Shown piece after piece: positions 21,404 through 32,098 of a DNA stretch of 64,000 nt. Position 1 is the stretch's first letter. Each line of letters begins with the position of its first letter. Origin of the DNA: an uncultured Bacteroidales bacterium. GTDB taxonomy: Bacteria > Bacteroidota > Bacteroidia > Bacteroidales > VadinHA17. The notes beneath the pieces were generated by a model. It did no database searches. It was not told the DNA's origin and was given only the letters and a program-made list of their open reading frames with translations. The translations under genes and the position numbers were made by a program. The stretch is taken from contig CAVXUP010000002.1 in the NCBI GenBank assembly GCA_963765005.1, positions 133,640-197,639 of the forward strand, written 5' to 3'.

Positions 21404-22723
21404 ATGAGACTGATTCAGACTATAAAAAATATCTTTAAGATTGAAGATCTTCGCTCAAGGCTGATCTACACTTTTAGTATCATTTTATTATACAGACTGG
21501 GAAAATATGTTTCGCTTCCGGGTATAGATCCAGCATTTCTTGGAGGGCTGAGAGACCAGACGTCTTCAGGTATAATGGGTCTGCTTGATATGTTCTCAGG
21601 GGGAGCTTTCTCCCAGGCTTCAATATTTGCCCTCGGAATTATGCCGTATATTTCTGCATCTATCGTTGTGCAGCTTCTTGGCATTGTCTTCCCCTATTTC
21701 CAGAAACTTCAGAAAGAGGGTGAAAGCGGCCGCCGCAAAATGAATCAGTATACGAGGTATCTTACTGTTGGTATACTTATTCTTCAGGCTCCGACTTACC
21801 TTGTCAATCTTGCAAATACTCTTCAGCCTGAAGCATTTGTTCTGTCAGGCTTCTTCTTCAAGTTCTCGTCTGTTGTGATCCTGACTGCAGGAACAATGTT
21901 TGTGATGTGGCTTGGTGAGAAGATAACTGATAAAGGTATCGGAAACGGTATCTCACTTATCATTATGATTGGTATTGTGGCCAGAATGCCGGCAAGCTTC
22001 ATATTTGAGTGGGGTGCCAGGGTAAATGGCTCGGGCGGACTCATAGCACTCATAGTTGAAATAGTATTCCTTTTCGTTATAGTTCTTGGAACCATCCTTC
22101 TTGTCCAGGGTACCCGGAGGGTTCCTGTCCAGTATGCAAGACGAATAGTCGGAAACAAGCAATATGGCGGTGTGCGCCAGTATATTCCTCTTAAGGTTAA
22201 TGCTGCAGGAGTTATGCCGATAATCTTTGCCCAGGCTATTATGATGCTGCCAATAATTATTGCAGGCTACTCAAACTCAAGTTCAGGATTTGTAGTTGCC
22301 TTTTCCAACATGTACGGATTCTGGTATAACCTGGTAACTGCATTTTTGATAATACTATTCACATACTTTTATACTGCCATTACAATTAATCCGGTACAGA
22401 TGGCAGAAGATATGAAGAAGAATGGCGGCTTTGTTCCCGGAATTAAACCGGGAAGGAAGACAGTAGAATTTTTCGATACGATCATTTCAAGGATAACACT
22501 TCCGGGTTCCATTTTCCTTGCGATTGTTGCCATACTTCCGGCTATTGCCGTAAGAGCTGGCGTGTCGGCTGAATTTGCGCAGTTCTTCGGAGGCACATCA
22601 CTTCTGATCCTTGTCGGAGTTGTCCTTGACACACTCCAGCAGATCGAAAGTCATTTGCTTATGCGTCATTACGACGGGCTGATGAAGTCAGGCCGTGTTA
22701 AGGGTAGAACAGGAGCAGTTTAG
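21404..22723 (+). CDS. secY: Preprotein translocase subunit SecY
   Basis: 439 aa, 10-TM pattern, GIMPYISASIVVQLL motif; follows rplO. Confidence 0.98.
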   Translation: MRLIQTIKNIFKIEDLRSRLIYTFSIILLYRLGKYVSLPGIDPAFLGGLRDQTSSGIMGLLDMFSGGAFSQASIFALGIMPYISASIVVQLLGIVFPYFQKLQKEGESGRRKMNQYTRYLTVGILILQAPTYLVNLANTLQPEAFVLSGFFFKFSSVVILTAGTMFVMWLGEKITDKGIGNGISLIIMIGIVARMPASFIFEWGARVNGSGGLIALIVEIVFLFVIVLGTILLVQGTRRVPVQYARRIVGNKQYGGVRQYIPLKVNAAGVMPIIFAQAIMMLPIIIAGYSNSSSGFVVAFSNMYGFWYNLVTAFLIILFTYFYTAITINPVQMAEDMKKNGGFVPGIKPGRKTVEFFDTIISRITLPGSIFLAIVAILPAIAVRAGVSAEFAQFFGGTSLLILVGVVLDTLQQIESHLLMRHYDGLMKSGRVKGRTGAV

Positions 22724-22747
22724 GCATAATTAGTTTAACGTTCTTTG

Positions 22748-23524
22748 ATGTTGTATTTAAAGACTGATGAAGAGGTCGGGTTCTTAAGAGCAAGCAACAT
22801 GCTGGTGTCAGAAACACTTGCAGAGCTCGCAGCGCTTATAAAACCCGGGATCACCACTCTTTATCTCGATGGAATTGCCGAAGAGTTTATCCGCGATAAT
22901 GGAGCAACTCCGGGGTTCAAGGGATATGGTGGTTTTCCGAATACACTCTGCACATCTGTCAACGACGAAGTGGTTCACGGTATCCCCTCAGACTATGTTC
23001 TCCGCGAAGGCGACATAATTTCGGTCGATTGCGGAGTTATATTGAACGGATGGTATGGCGACAGCGCTTTTACCTTCCCTGTTGGTGAGATAAGTGAAGA
23101 GGCAAGACGGTTGCTCGATTATACAAGGGCAGCTCTCGAGGAGAGTGTGAGATTTGCTGTTGCAGGGAACAGGGTTGGAGACATCTCCTTCGCAGTCCAA
23201 TCCAAAGCGGAAAGCGGCGGTTACTCGGTGGTAAGGGATCTGGTTGGACACGGGCTGGGCAAAAAACTTCATGAACCGCCGGAAGTGCCAAATTGGGGAA
23301 GACAGGGAACAGGCGCCAAAATGGAAGAAGGTCTGGTGATCTGTATCGAACCAATGATAAACGCCGGAAAGAAAGAGACGTTGCAGATGAGAGATGGCTG
23401 GACAATCAAGACAGCTGACGGTAGTCGGTCAGCACATTTTGAATATGCCGTGGCCGTCGGCAAGGGGAAAGCGGATGTATTGACAACTTTTGAATTCATT
23501 GACAAAGTTTTAAATAAAAAGTGA
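22748..23524 (+). CDS. map: Type I methionine aminopeptidase
   Basis: VHGIP, DCG...GWYGDSA, VGHGLG and EPM metal-ligand motifs. The ATG at 22748 is preferred over the TTG at 22745. Confidence 0.96.
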   Translation: MLYLKTDEEVGFLRASNMLVSETLAELAALIKPGITTLYLDGIAEEFIRDNGATPGFKGYGGFPNTLCTSVNDEVVHGIPSDYVLREGDIISVDCGVILNGWYGDSAFTFPVGEISEEARRLLDYTRAALEESVRFAVAGNRVGDISFAVQSKAESGGYSVVRDLVGHGLGKKLHEPPEVPNWGRQGTGAKMEEGLVICIEPMINAGKKETLQMRDGWTIKTADGSRSAHFEYAVAVGKGKADVLTTFEFIDKVLNKK

Positions 23525-23528
23525 TCGT

Positions 23529-23747
23529 ATGGCGAAACAGGCATCAATTGAGCAGGACGGTACCATTATCGAAGCCCTTTCAAATGCAATGTTCAGGGTG
23601 GAACTCGAAAACGGGCATGTTATAACTGCTCATATCTCGGGAAAGATGAGGATGCATTATATCAAGATCCTGCCAGGCGATAAGGTAAAAGTTGAGATGT
23701 CACCATATGATCTGACAAAAGGAAGAATAACATTCAGGTATAAATAA
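23529..23747 (+). CDS. infA: Translation initiation factor IF-1
   Basis: 72 aa S1-like fold, [19 protein letters not shown]. Confidence 0.98.
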   Translation: MAKQASIEQDGTIIEALSNAMFRVELENGHVITAHISGKMRMHYIKILPGDKVKVEMSPYDLTKGRITFRYK

Positions 23748-23761
23748 GAAATATTAAGGTA

Positions 23762-23878
23762 ATGAAAGTAAGAGCATCTGTAAAAAAGCGTAGCGCTGAC
23801 TGCAAGATTGTCAGGAGAAAAGGACGCATTTACGTTATTAATAAGAAAAATCCCAAGTTCAAACAGAGACAGGGATAA
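23762..23878 (+). CDS. rpmJ: 50S ribosomal protein L36 (38 aa; below the ORF-track length cutoff)
   Basis: Hand translation gives [38 protein letters not shown], in the conserved infA-rpmJ-rpsM position. Confidence 0.95.
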   Translation: MKVRASVKKRSADCKIVRRKGRIYVINKKNPKFKQRQG

Positions 23879-23913
23879 TTTAATTAGTTTTGCACATTAT
23901 TTAAAAGTTTTAT

Positions 23914-24291
23914 ATGGCACGTATTGTTGGTGTAGATTTACCAAGAAATAAAAGAGGCGAGGTTGGCCTGACTTACATCTACGGAGTAGGAAGAAGCATA
24001 GCCCAGAGAGTACTCGATGAGGCAGGTGTTGACAGACAAGCTAAGGTTCAGGACTGGACTGATGATCAGATTAATTCTATTCGTAGAATTCTGAATGATA
24101 ACTTCAAGCTTGAAGGTGAACTCCGTTCCGAGACTCAGATGAACATCAAGAGGCTTATGGATATCGGTTGTTATCGTGGTGTACGCCACAGACTCGGGCT
24201 TCCTGTAAGAGGACAGAGCACAAAGAATAACGCCAGAACCCGTAAAGGGAGGAAGAAGACCGTTGCAAACAAGAAAAAAGCTACTAAATAA
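23914..24291 (+). CDS. rpsM: 30S ribosomal protein S13
   Basis: [14 protein letters not shown]. Confidence 0.98.
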   Translation: MARIVGVDLPRNKRGEVGLTYIYGVGRSIAQRVLDEAGVDRQAKVQDWTDDQINSIRRILNDNFKLEGELRSETQMNIKRLMDIGCYRGVRHRLGLPVRGQSTKNNARTRKGRKKTVANKKKATK

Positions 24292-24298
24292 ATAGAAT

Positions 24299-24688
24299 AT
24301 GGCAAAGAAGACCGGAGTATTGAAGAAGAGGGTCGTAAAGGTAGAACCTACAGGGCAGGCTCACGTACATTCATCATTTAACAATATCATTGTGACCCTG
24401 ACAAATAATTCAGGACAGGTAATTTCGTGGGCATCAGCTGGCAAGATGGGCTTTAAAGGTTCAAAGAAGAACACTCCATATGCTGCACAGATGGCATCTG
24501 AAGAGTGCGGCAAAGTTGCTTACGATCTGGGATTAAGAAAAGTGAAAGTCTTTGTGAAAGGTCCGGGTTCAGGCCGCGAATCTGCTATCAGGGCTATAAG
24601 TAATACAGGAATTGAGGTTACAGAGATAGTTGATATCACTCCTATGCCTCATAATGGTTGCCGTGCTCCCGGCAGGAGAAGAGTATAA
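24299..24688 (+). CDS. rpsK: 30S ribosomal protein S11
   Basis: [21 protein letters not shown] and TPMPHNGCR motifs. Confidence 0.98.
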   Translation: MAKKTGVLKKRVVKVEPTGQAHVHSSFNNIIVTLTNNSGQVISWASAGKMGFKGSKKNTPYAAQMASEECGKVAYDLGLRKVKVFVKGPGSGRESAIRAISNTGIEVTEIVDITPMPHNGCRAPGRRRV

Positions 24689-24733
24689 GAATTATTGAAT
24701 TGATTTATTGTAAGTATTAATTTATATAGCACA

Positions 24734-25342
24734 ATGGCAAGATATACTGGCCCAAAATCAAGAATAGCAAGGAAGTTCGGTGAACCGATCTTTGGTCCCG
24801 ATAAGAACCTGGAAAGGAAGAATTTTCCTCCGGGGCAGCATGGAATGAACAAGAAGAGAAAAAAGACTTCGGAATATGGTGTCCAGCTGAGAGAAAAACA
24901 GAAGGCGAAATATACCTACGGTATGCTCGAGCGTCAGTTCCGCAATACTTTTGAAACAGCTTCAAGAAGTAAAGGTGTAACAGGTGAGGTACTCCTGCAG
25001 CTGCTCGAATCACGCCTCGACAATGTTGTTTACCGTCTTGGCATTTCACCCACCAGATCAGGTGCACGTCAGCTCGTATCGCACAGGCACATAACTGTGA
25101 ACGGAAAGGTTGTCAATGTACCGTCATGCCAGCTTAAACCAGGCGATATAATCGGAGTTCGTGAAAAATCAAAGTCACTTGAGGTAATAATCGATTCTCT
25201 TACTACAAGGAAGTATACAAAACTTTCATGGCTCGAGTGGGACGACACCCAGATGGCAGGTAAATTCATGAACGTGCCTGAACGTACTGATATTCCTGAG
25301 AACATCAAGGAACAGCTTATAGTTGAATTGTATTCAAAATAA
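24734..25342 (+). CDS. rpsD: 30S ribosomal protein S4
   Basis: [16 protein letters not shown] and an S4 RNA-binding domain. Confidence 0.98.
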   Translation: MARYTGPKSRIARKFGEPIFGPDKNLERKNFPPGQHGMNKKRKKTSEYGVQLREKQKAKYTYGMLERQFRNTFETASRSKGVTGEVLLQLLESRLDNVVYRLGISPTRSGARQLVSHRHITVNGKVVNVPSCQLKPGDIIGVREKSKSLEVIIDSLTTRKYTKLSWLEWDDTQMAGKFMNVPERTDIPENIKEQLIVELYSK

Positions 25343-25360
25343 TAATTTAAGATAAATTCT

Positions 25361-26353
25361 ATGGCCATTTTATCATTCCAGAAGCCTGATAAAGTAATAA
25401 TGCTGGAGGCGGATGACAAACACGGAAAATTTGAATTCCGTCCGCTCGAACCTGGCTATGGTATTACTGTCGGCAATGCATTGAGAAGGATTCTTCTCTC
25501 TTCGCTTGAGGGTTTTGCCATTACTACAGTTAAGATCGAGGGCATAGACCACGAGTTCTCAACAATTACAGGCGTAAGGGAAGACGTCACCGAAATTATC
25601 CTTAATCTGAAACAGGTGCGTTTCAAAAGAACTGTTGAAGATGCCGATCATGAAAAAGTTACTGTTAAGATCAGCGGTCAGGAGTTATTCAAGGCCGGAA
25701 ACCTGAACAGCTCACTTACAAACTTTGAGGTTTTAAACCCCGAGCTTGTGCTCTTCAGAATGGAACCTGACGTTAAGCTTCATATTGAACTTACAATCAA
25801 TAAAGGAAGAGGATATGTACCGGCAGAGGAGAATGAACCGGTTGACAGTGTTTTCGGACTTATTGCCGTGGATGCGATTTTTACTCCCGTGCGAAATGTA
25901 AAATATGCTGTTGAAAATTATCGTGTTGAGCAAAAAACCGACTACGAGAAACTTCTCTTCGATATTGAGACTGATGGTTCAATACATCCGAAAGATGCTC
26001 TTAAAGAGGCAGCAAAGATCCTCATATATCATTTCATGCTCTTTTCCGATGAGAAGATTACTCTCGATTCAGACGATAAGATGGCAAATGAGGAGTTTGA
26101 TGAGGAAGTTCTTCATATGCGTCAGCTTCTTAAGACAAAACTCGTTGACCTTGACCTTTCAGTAAGGGCTCTGAACTGCCTTAAAGCTGCAGAGGTTGAA
26201 ACACTTGGTGATCTCGTGAAGTTCAATAAGAACGACCTTCTTAAATTCAGGAACTTTGGTAAGAAATCACTCACCGAGCTTGATGAATTGCTCGAATCCA
26301 TGAGCCTGTCATTCGGCATGGATGTAGGCAAATATAAATTAGAGAAAGATTAA
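25361..26353 (+). CDS. rpoA: DNA-directed RNA polymerase alpha subunit
   Basis: 330 aa, [12 protein letters not shown]-terminal-domain motif and a C-terminal domain [10 protein letters not shown]. Confidence 0.98.
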   Translation: MAILSFQKPDKVIMLEADDKHGKFEFRPLEPGYGITVGNALRRILLSSLEGFAITTVKIEGIDHEFSTITGVREDVTEIILNLKQVRFKRTVEDADHEKVTVKISGQELFKAGNLNSSLTNFEVLNPELVLFRMEPDVKLHIELTINKGRGYVPAEENEPVDSVFGLIAVDAIFTPVRNVKYAVENYRVEQKTDYEKLLFDIETDGSIHPKDALKEAAKILIYHFMLFSDEKITLDSDDKMANEEFDEEVLHMRQLLKTKLVDLDLSVRALNCLKAAEVETLGDLVKFNKNDLLKFRNFGKKSLTELDELLESMSLSFGMDVGKYKLEKD

Positions 26354-26381
26354 TTTGAAAACTGGTTAAGGAAATAGAGAA

Positions 26382-26927
26382 ATGCGACATTCAAGGGTTA
26401 TTAACCATTTAGGAAGAACAAGTTCACACAGGAAGTCAATGCTGGCTAATATGGCAACATCACTTATCCTCCACAAAAGGATAACTACTACTACTGCCAA
26501 GGCAAAAGCGCTTAGAACCTATGTTGAGCCGATTATAACAAAATCAAAGGAAGATTCAACTCATTCGAGAAGAACTGTATTCAGTTACCTTAAAGACAAA
26601 GAGGCAGTAGCTGAGCTTTTCCGTGAGGTTTCACCGAAGATAGCCGAGCGTCCGGGAGGATATACCCGCATTCTTAAGATAGGCAACAGGATTGGCGATA
26701 ATGCCGATATGTGCATTCTTGAGCTTGTCGACTACAACGAGGCAATGCTTGGTGGTGAAGCCGCCAAAACAAAAACTACACGCAGAAGAAGGCCTTCAGG
26801 TAAAAAGAAAGATGAGACTGCCGCTGAAGCAAAACCGGCTAAGAGCGCAAAACCAAAGGCTGCAAAGAGTGAGAAACCCGCTGCTAAAGCTGAAGACACA
26901 AAGGAAGAATCAGTTCCTGAAGAATAG
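26382..26927 (+). CDS. rplQ: 50S ribosomal protein L17 with Lys/Ala/Glu-rich C-terminal tail
   Basis: [24 protein letters not shown], plus a ~55-aa tail ([22 protein letters not shown]). Confidence 0.97.
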   Translation: MRHSRVINHLGRTSSHRKSMLANMATSLILHKRITTTTAKAKALRTYVEPIITKSKEDSTHSRRTVFSYLKDKEAVAELFREVSPKIAERPGGYTRILKIGNRIGDNADMCILELVDYNEAMLGGEAAKTKTTRRRRPSGKKKDETAAEAKPAKSAKPKAAKSEKPAAKAEDTKEESVPEE

Positions 26928-26956
26928 AGAAATGTATTCAGAAATATTTTAAAGAG

Positions 26957-28307
<1,351 letters not shown>

Positions 28308-28318
28308 CATCTATTCAG

Positions 28319-28466
28319 TTGTAGAAACGCCATGCATGGCGTTTCTACAATGTGGTATATAGACGCCATGCAGGGTATTGTAAAAACGCCATGCATGGCG
28401 TTTTTACAATGTGGCACGATGATACATATGTTCGGTCGTATAAACGCCATGCATGGCGTTTTTACA
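28319..28466. repeat. Cluster of three or four REP-like palindromic elements (family A)
   Basis: Perfect 32-nt palindrome at 28319-28350 (TTGTAGAAACGCCATGCATGGCGTTTCTACAA). Perfect 34-nt palindrome at 28377-28410. Near-perfect copy at 28438-28465. Degenerate half-copy near 28359-28376. Confidence 0.85.
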
Positions 28467-28575
28467 ACTGCATCCTGTGTTCATTCCCGACGTTATTAAC
28501 AATTATTGTTAACAGCTGTTCACATCGGGTGCATAACAACGGCTCAATTCATTAGGATTTTACCGGTAACCAGTG

Positions 28576-28583
28576 TAATTTTG
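28576..28583 (+). promoter_or_regulatory. Candidate -7 promoter box (TAATTTTG) for the downstream ORF-free unit
   Basis: Exact TAnnTTTG match, with a T-rich stretch (GATTTTA) about 20 nt upstream. Confidence 0.35.
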
Positions 28584-28589
28584 TTTCAT

Positions 28590-29080
28590 CAGGTGAGCGA
28601 TAAAAGACTGCTCAAAAGATGTGGAGACAGAAGATGTTTCTTAAGTGAAGCGGAAGATGTTTCGGTCAGACCCTCGGGACTGCGCATCAAGAGAGCCGAA
28701 GCCTGAACGAAACTGACCAGGCGTCAGCGATGTTCAGAAAATCGACGAAAACCAGAAATGTTCTTTCAGAGATTGAGTCACAGGGCTTCAGAAAATGAAG
28801 GGTTTCGACCCCGGGTTTACTGAAACTGTTTTCAGATCCTTCGGGAAATGTCGACAGAGCCTGAAAGACACTTCGTCCCGGAATCCCGACTTGTCGGGAG
28901 AAAGGACAGCCGGATGGTAGAGCTGTAACAGGCCTTACCGGAAAGCCAAGGGTTGCAGAATGGGATCTTGTATTCAGCGAAGCAGCCGGTCAGAATAACA
29001 GTAATCTGACATCTGACGCAACTTCGGTTGTTGACGATGGATGGGAACTACTCCTAGCGAATAGTTCCCATTATTGTTTT
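28590..29080 (+). ncRNA. Candidate large structured non-coding RNA of unrecognised class (5' end approximate)
   Basis: No ORF of 60 aa or more in any frame over 28707-29152. Visibly more G+C-rich than other spacers. Many local hairpins, including UUCG loops. Ends in a 10-bp-stem intrinsic terminator. The downstream gene has its own promoter box. Confidence 0.45.
29041..29080 (+). terminator. Rho-independent terminator
   Basis: ATGGGAACTA (29041-29050) pairs perfectly with TAGTTCCCAT (29062-29071), with an 11-nt loop, followed by TATTGTTTT. Confidence 0.8.
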
Positions 29081-29137
29081 ATACATATCCTCTTCCTCAA
29101 TTTATTTCCGCTTTTACAACTCTTCCATCCTTATTCA

Positions 29138-29145
29138 ATATATTT
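29138..29145 (+). promoter_or_regulatory. Candidate -7 promoter box (TATATTTG) for the UbiD-like gene
   Basis: TAnnTTTG match 21 nt upstream of ATG 29166. Confidence 0.4.
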
Positions 29146-29165
29146 GCTGCTGTTAATCCTTACAA

Positions 29166-31067
29166 ATGCCATATTCAGGTCTTTTCGATTTTATAGCAGG
29201 TCTGGAGAGTATAAATGAACTCCAGCGAATAAAAGTTTTTGCCGATCCTGTTCTCGAGATCACGGAGATAACCGACAGGGTAACAAAAGCAGGTGGAAAA
29301 GCGCTTTTATTTGAAAATACCGGTACGCAATTTCCTCTTCTTATCAATGCCTTTGGCTCAGAAAAGCGAATGTCGGCAGCAATAGGCCGAAACAACCTTG
29401 ATGAGGCCGGGGCAGAAATAGAAGCTGTTTTCAATAATCTCTCTGCCAATCAGGGTAGTCTGCTGAAGAAATTAAGTTCTGTTCCCGGTTTTATCAGGCT
29501 TGCAGGATATATACCTGCAAGGCTCAGGCGAAAAGGAAAATGCCAGGAGGTAGTGCACAATGTCCCTGATCTCTCAATATTCCCGGTTTTAAAATGCTGG
29601 CCGCATGATGGCGGACGCTTTGTGACCCTTCCGATGGTTCATACTATCCATCCCGTGACAGGAAAGCCGAATACGGGCATGTACAGGATGCAGATCCTCG
29701 ACAGCAGCACTACAGCAATGCACTGGCAGCGTCATAAAACAGGAGCCAGCCATTATGATGCCTGGAAAAAAGCAGGTAAGATAATGCCTGTGACAGTTGC
29801 CCTGGGCGGCGATCCTGTATATACATACTCAGCCACGGCTCCTCTGCCGGAAAATATAAGCGAATATATCCTTGCAGGATTTCTGCGAAAGAAAAAGGTG
29901 AAACTGGTAAAGTGTCTTACAAATGACCTTTATGTGCCTGAAGATGCTGACATCGTGATAGAAGGGTATGTTGATCCTGCTGAAGAGCTGGTGTGGGAAG
30001 GCCCCTTTGGAGATCATACCGGTTTCTATTCTCTTGCCGACTGGTATCCTAAATTCCATGTTACCTGCATCACACATTCTAAAAATGCAGTATACCCGGC
30101 AACAATAGTAGGTGTGCCTCCACAGGAAGATGCCTGGCTCGCAAAAGCAACAGAAAAAATTTTTCTGGCACCGGTAAAAGTGGCCCTGCTTCCTGAAGTT
30201 GAAGATTTTCACATGCCCGACGCAGGTATTGCACATAATCTTGTTATTGTGAAGATCCGTAAAAGCTATCCGGGTCAGGGAATGAAAGTACTCAGTTCTC
30301 TCTTCGGGGCAGGACAGATGATGTTCTCAAAATATATTGCAGTGATAAGCAGTGATGTCGATATCAGAAACTACAGGGCGCTCATTTCACATGTTTTTGA
30401 AAATCTCGATATCAGGAAGGACTTCCTCTTCAGCAGGGGACCCCTTGATGTGCTTGACCATGCATCCGATGCTTTTTCATTTGGCGGGAAACTGGGAATT
30501 GATGCTACAATAAAACATCCCGAAGAACTGGCAGGAAGAGCGGAAATACCTGCCGGTACGAAGACTTCAATCAAAGATTTTCTGGAGAGCTTTATTGACA
30601 ATACACTTATTAAAAGCTATTGCATAACTCTTTTTGAGGAGAAAATACCGATTTTGATCGTGACTGTCGATCAGGCAGGTAATGAAAATGCTATTAGCAG
30701 CGTTAAAGAACACTTCAGAAAGAATGACCTGACCGGGAGGTTCAGTGTTATCGTGGCTGTTGATAGTACGGTTGATCCCTGTGACTTTTATACTGTGGCA
30801 TGGCAGTGCCTTGGAAACAGTGATCCTCAGAGGGACCATGAGTATCTCTCGCCTGCGTCCATTTTTATTGATTGTACAGCAAAAGCCTACCGGAAAGGAG
30901 GCTTTACCAGAAAATGGCCAAACGTGGTTTGTTCAGGCCTCGAGACAATATCTGCCATTGACGCAAAATGGGAATCTCTGAATATCGGGCCATACCTGAG
31001 TTCACCATCCTTAAAGATCAATGATTTAATCCGTCCTGGCAAAGATGAGATTTTCACAGCAAAATGA
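29166..31067 (+). CDS. UbiD-family (prenylated-FMN-dependent) decarboxylase, menaquinone/ubiquinone-biosynthesis type, long form (633 aa)
   Basis: N-terminal ELQRIKVFADPVLEITEITDRV, GMYRMQ and HWQRHKTGA motifs typical of the UbiD family, plus a C-terminal extension. Confidence 0.85.
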   Translation: MPYSGLFDFIAGLESINELQRIKVFADPVLEITEITDRVTKAGGKALLFENTGTQFPLLINAFGSEKRMSAAIGRNNLDEAGAEIEAVFNNLSANQGSLLKKLSSVPGFIRLAGYIPARLRRKGKCQEVVHNVPDLSIFPVLKCWPHDGGRFVTLPMVHTIHPVTGKPNTGMYRMQILDSSTTAMHWQRHKTGASHYDAWKKAGKIMPVTVALGGDPVYTYSATAPLPENISEYILAGFLRKKKVKLVKCLTNDLYVPEDADIVIEGYVDPAEELVWEGPFGDHTGFYSLADWYPKFHVTCITHSKNAVYPATIVGVPPQEDAWLAKATEKIFLAPVKVALLPEVEDFHMPDAGIAHNLVIVKIRKSYPGQGMKVLSSLFGAGQMMFSKYIAVISSDVDIRNYRALISHVFENLDIRKDFLFSRGPLDVLDHASDAFSFGGKLGIDATIKHPEELAGRAEIPAGTKTSIKDFLESFIDNTLIKSYCITLFEEKIPILIVTVDQAGNENAISSVKEHFRKNDLTGRFSVIVAVDSTVDPCDFYTVAWQCLGNSDPQRDHEYLSPASIFIDCTAKAYRKGGFTRKWPNVVCSGLETISAIDAKWESLNIGPYLSSPSLKINDLIRPGKDEIFTAK

Positions 31068-32098
31068 ATCAACTTCTCCTGACATACAATTATTTGCCAT
31101 TACAATCTCTTTCGCCTGGTTTTGAGAAATCCATTTCATACGGATTGTTGAAACTATTGATTCTTCCGCAGGGCTTGTTATTTTATGCAGCACTTGCAGT
31201 GCTGTTGATTCTAATTGTTATTGCTGTTTCAGTAACTCAATTGAAAAGGATAAGGAAAGTGCTCAGGGAAAAGGAAGAGGCTCTTAAATGTATTGGCATA
31301 CAAAAGATTGAGCTTGAATTCAGGGAAAAAGGCATTACAGACAGCCTTATTTATGCTAAGAGGATTCAGGAGGCTTTGCTGCCTTCAGAATTATATTTCA
31401 GGATACATTTTCAGGAGTCATTTATTCTTTTCAAACCAAAAGATATTGTAAGCGGCGACTTCTACTGGATAGGCGAAAAAAACGGCAGGGTCTTCATTGT
31501 AGCGGCCGATTGCACAGGTCATGGAGTCCCTGGAGCTTTACTGTCGATTATAGGCAGGGAGATTATCGAAAAGACTATTAATGAGGAATATATTGCTGCT
31601 CCTTCTGAAGTTCTTGCAGTACTTGACAAAACCCTGGAAAGGACATTCAGCAGAGAAAAAAATGTTGGCACTGTGATAAGAGATGGAATGGATCTGGGTT
31701 TGTGCGTTGTTGACAAGAGGAGGAGATCTCTTGTTTTTTCAGGAGCATTCTTTCCCTTGTATCTTATCAGGGATAACAATCTTACCGAGATTAAAGGCGA
31801 CAAGATAGTCCTGGGGATGAATCCTGAGGGAAGGAAATATGCTGATAATGAAATTGAGCTGCAGGATGATGATATTTTCTACCTCTTTTCCGATGGATAT
31901 GTTGATCAGTTTGGCGGGCTGGACAATAAAAAATATATGTACAGAAGGTTCAGATATCTTTTAATGACAATCCATGGTTTTCCTGCCGAAACACAGAAGT
32001 CCATCCTTAACGAAAGTATTATGACCTGGCAGGGTAAAAATGTTCAGGTTGATGATATTATGGTTATCGGCTTTAAACCTCTTGCAGGAAAAACTTAA
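31064..32098 (+). CDS. Membrane-anchored PP2C/SpoIIE-family serine phosphatase
   Basis: One or two N-terminal TM segments, then AKRIQEALLP, SGDFYW, DCTGHGVPGALLS, SDGYVDQ and DDIMVIG motifs. ATGA overlap with the upstream gene. Confidence 0.85.
   Translation: MNQLLLTYNYLPLQSLSPGFEKSISYGLLKLLILPQGLLFYAALAVLLILIVIAVSVTQLKRIRKVLREKEEALKCIGIQKIELEFREKGITDSLIYAKRIQEALLPSELYFRIHFQESFILFKPKDIVSGDFYWIGEKNGRVFIVAADCTGHGVPGALLSIIGREIIEKTINEEYIAAPSEVLAVLDKTLERTFSREKNVGTVIRDGMDLGLCVVDKRRRSLVFSGAFFPLYLIRDNNLTEIKGDKIVLGMNPEGRKYADNEIELQDDDIFYLFSDGYVDQFGGLDNKKYMYRRFRYLLMTIHGFPAETQKSILNESIMTWQGKNVQVDDIMVIGFKPLAGKT

Noticed and set aside
28352-28706. ORF-track entries 28352..28555 (67 aa) and 28506..28706 (66 aa) as small proteins
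   Set aside because: The first is read straight through the palindromic REP copies, and its odd His/Cys/Trp-rich sequence is a by-product of GCCATGCATGGCG. The second overlaps it in another frame with no start context. Neither resembles any protein family I know.
28590-29080. Known housekeeping RNA (RNase P RNA, tmRNA, SRP/4.5S, 6S) or a riboswitch leader of the UbiD-like gene
   Set aside because: I could not find the RNase P GGAAAGTCCGGGC / ACAGAA-type P4 strands. There are no tmRNA GGGG...UUCGAC 5' and ...CCACCA 3' ends and no tag ORF, and no SRP GGAAGCAGCC-type domain IV. The unit is far longer than known riboswitches, ends about 85 nt before the gene, and the gene has its own promoter-like box. 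These are by-eye checks only, so a covariance-model scan is still required.
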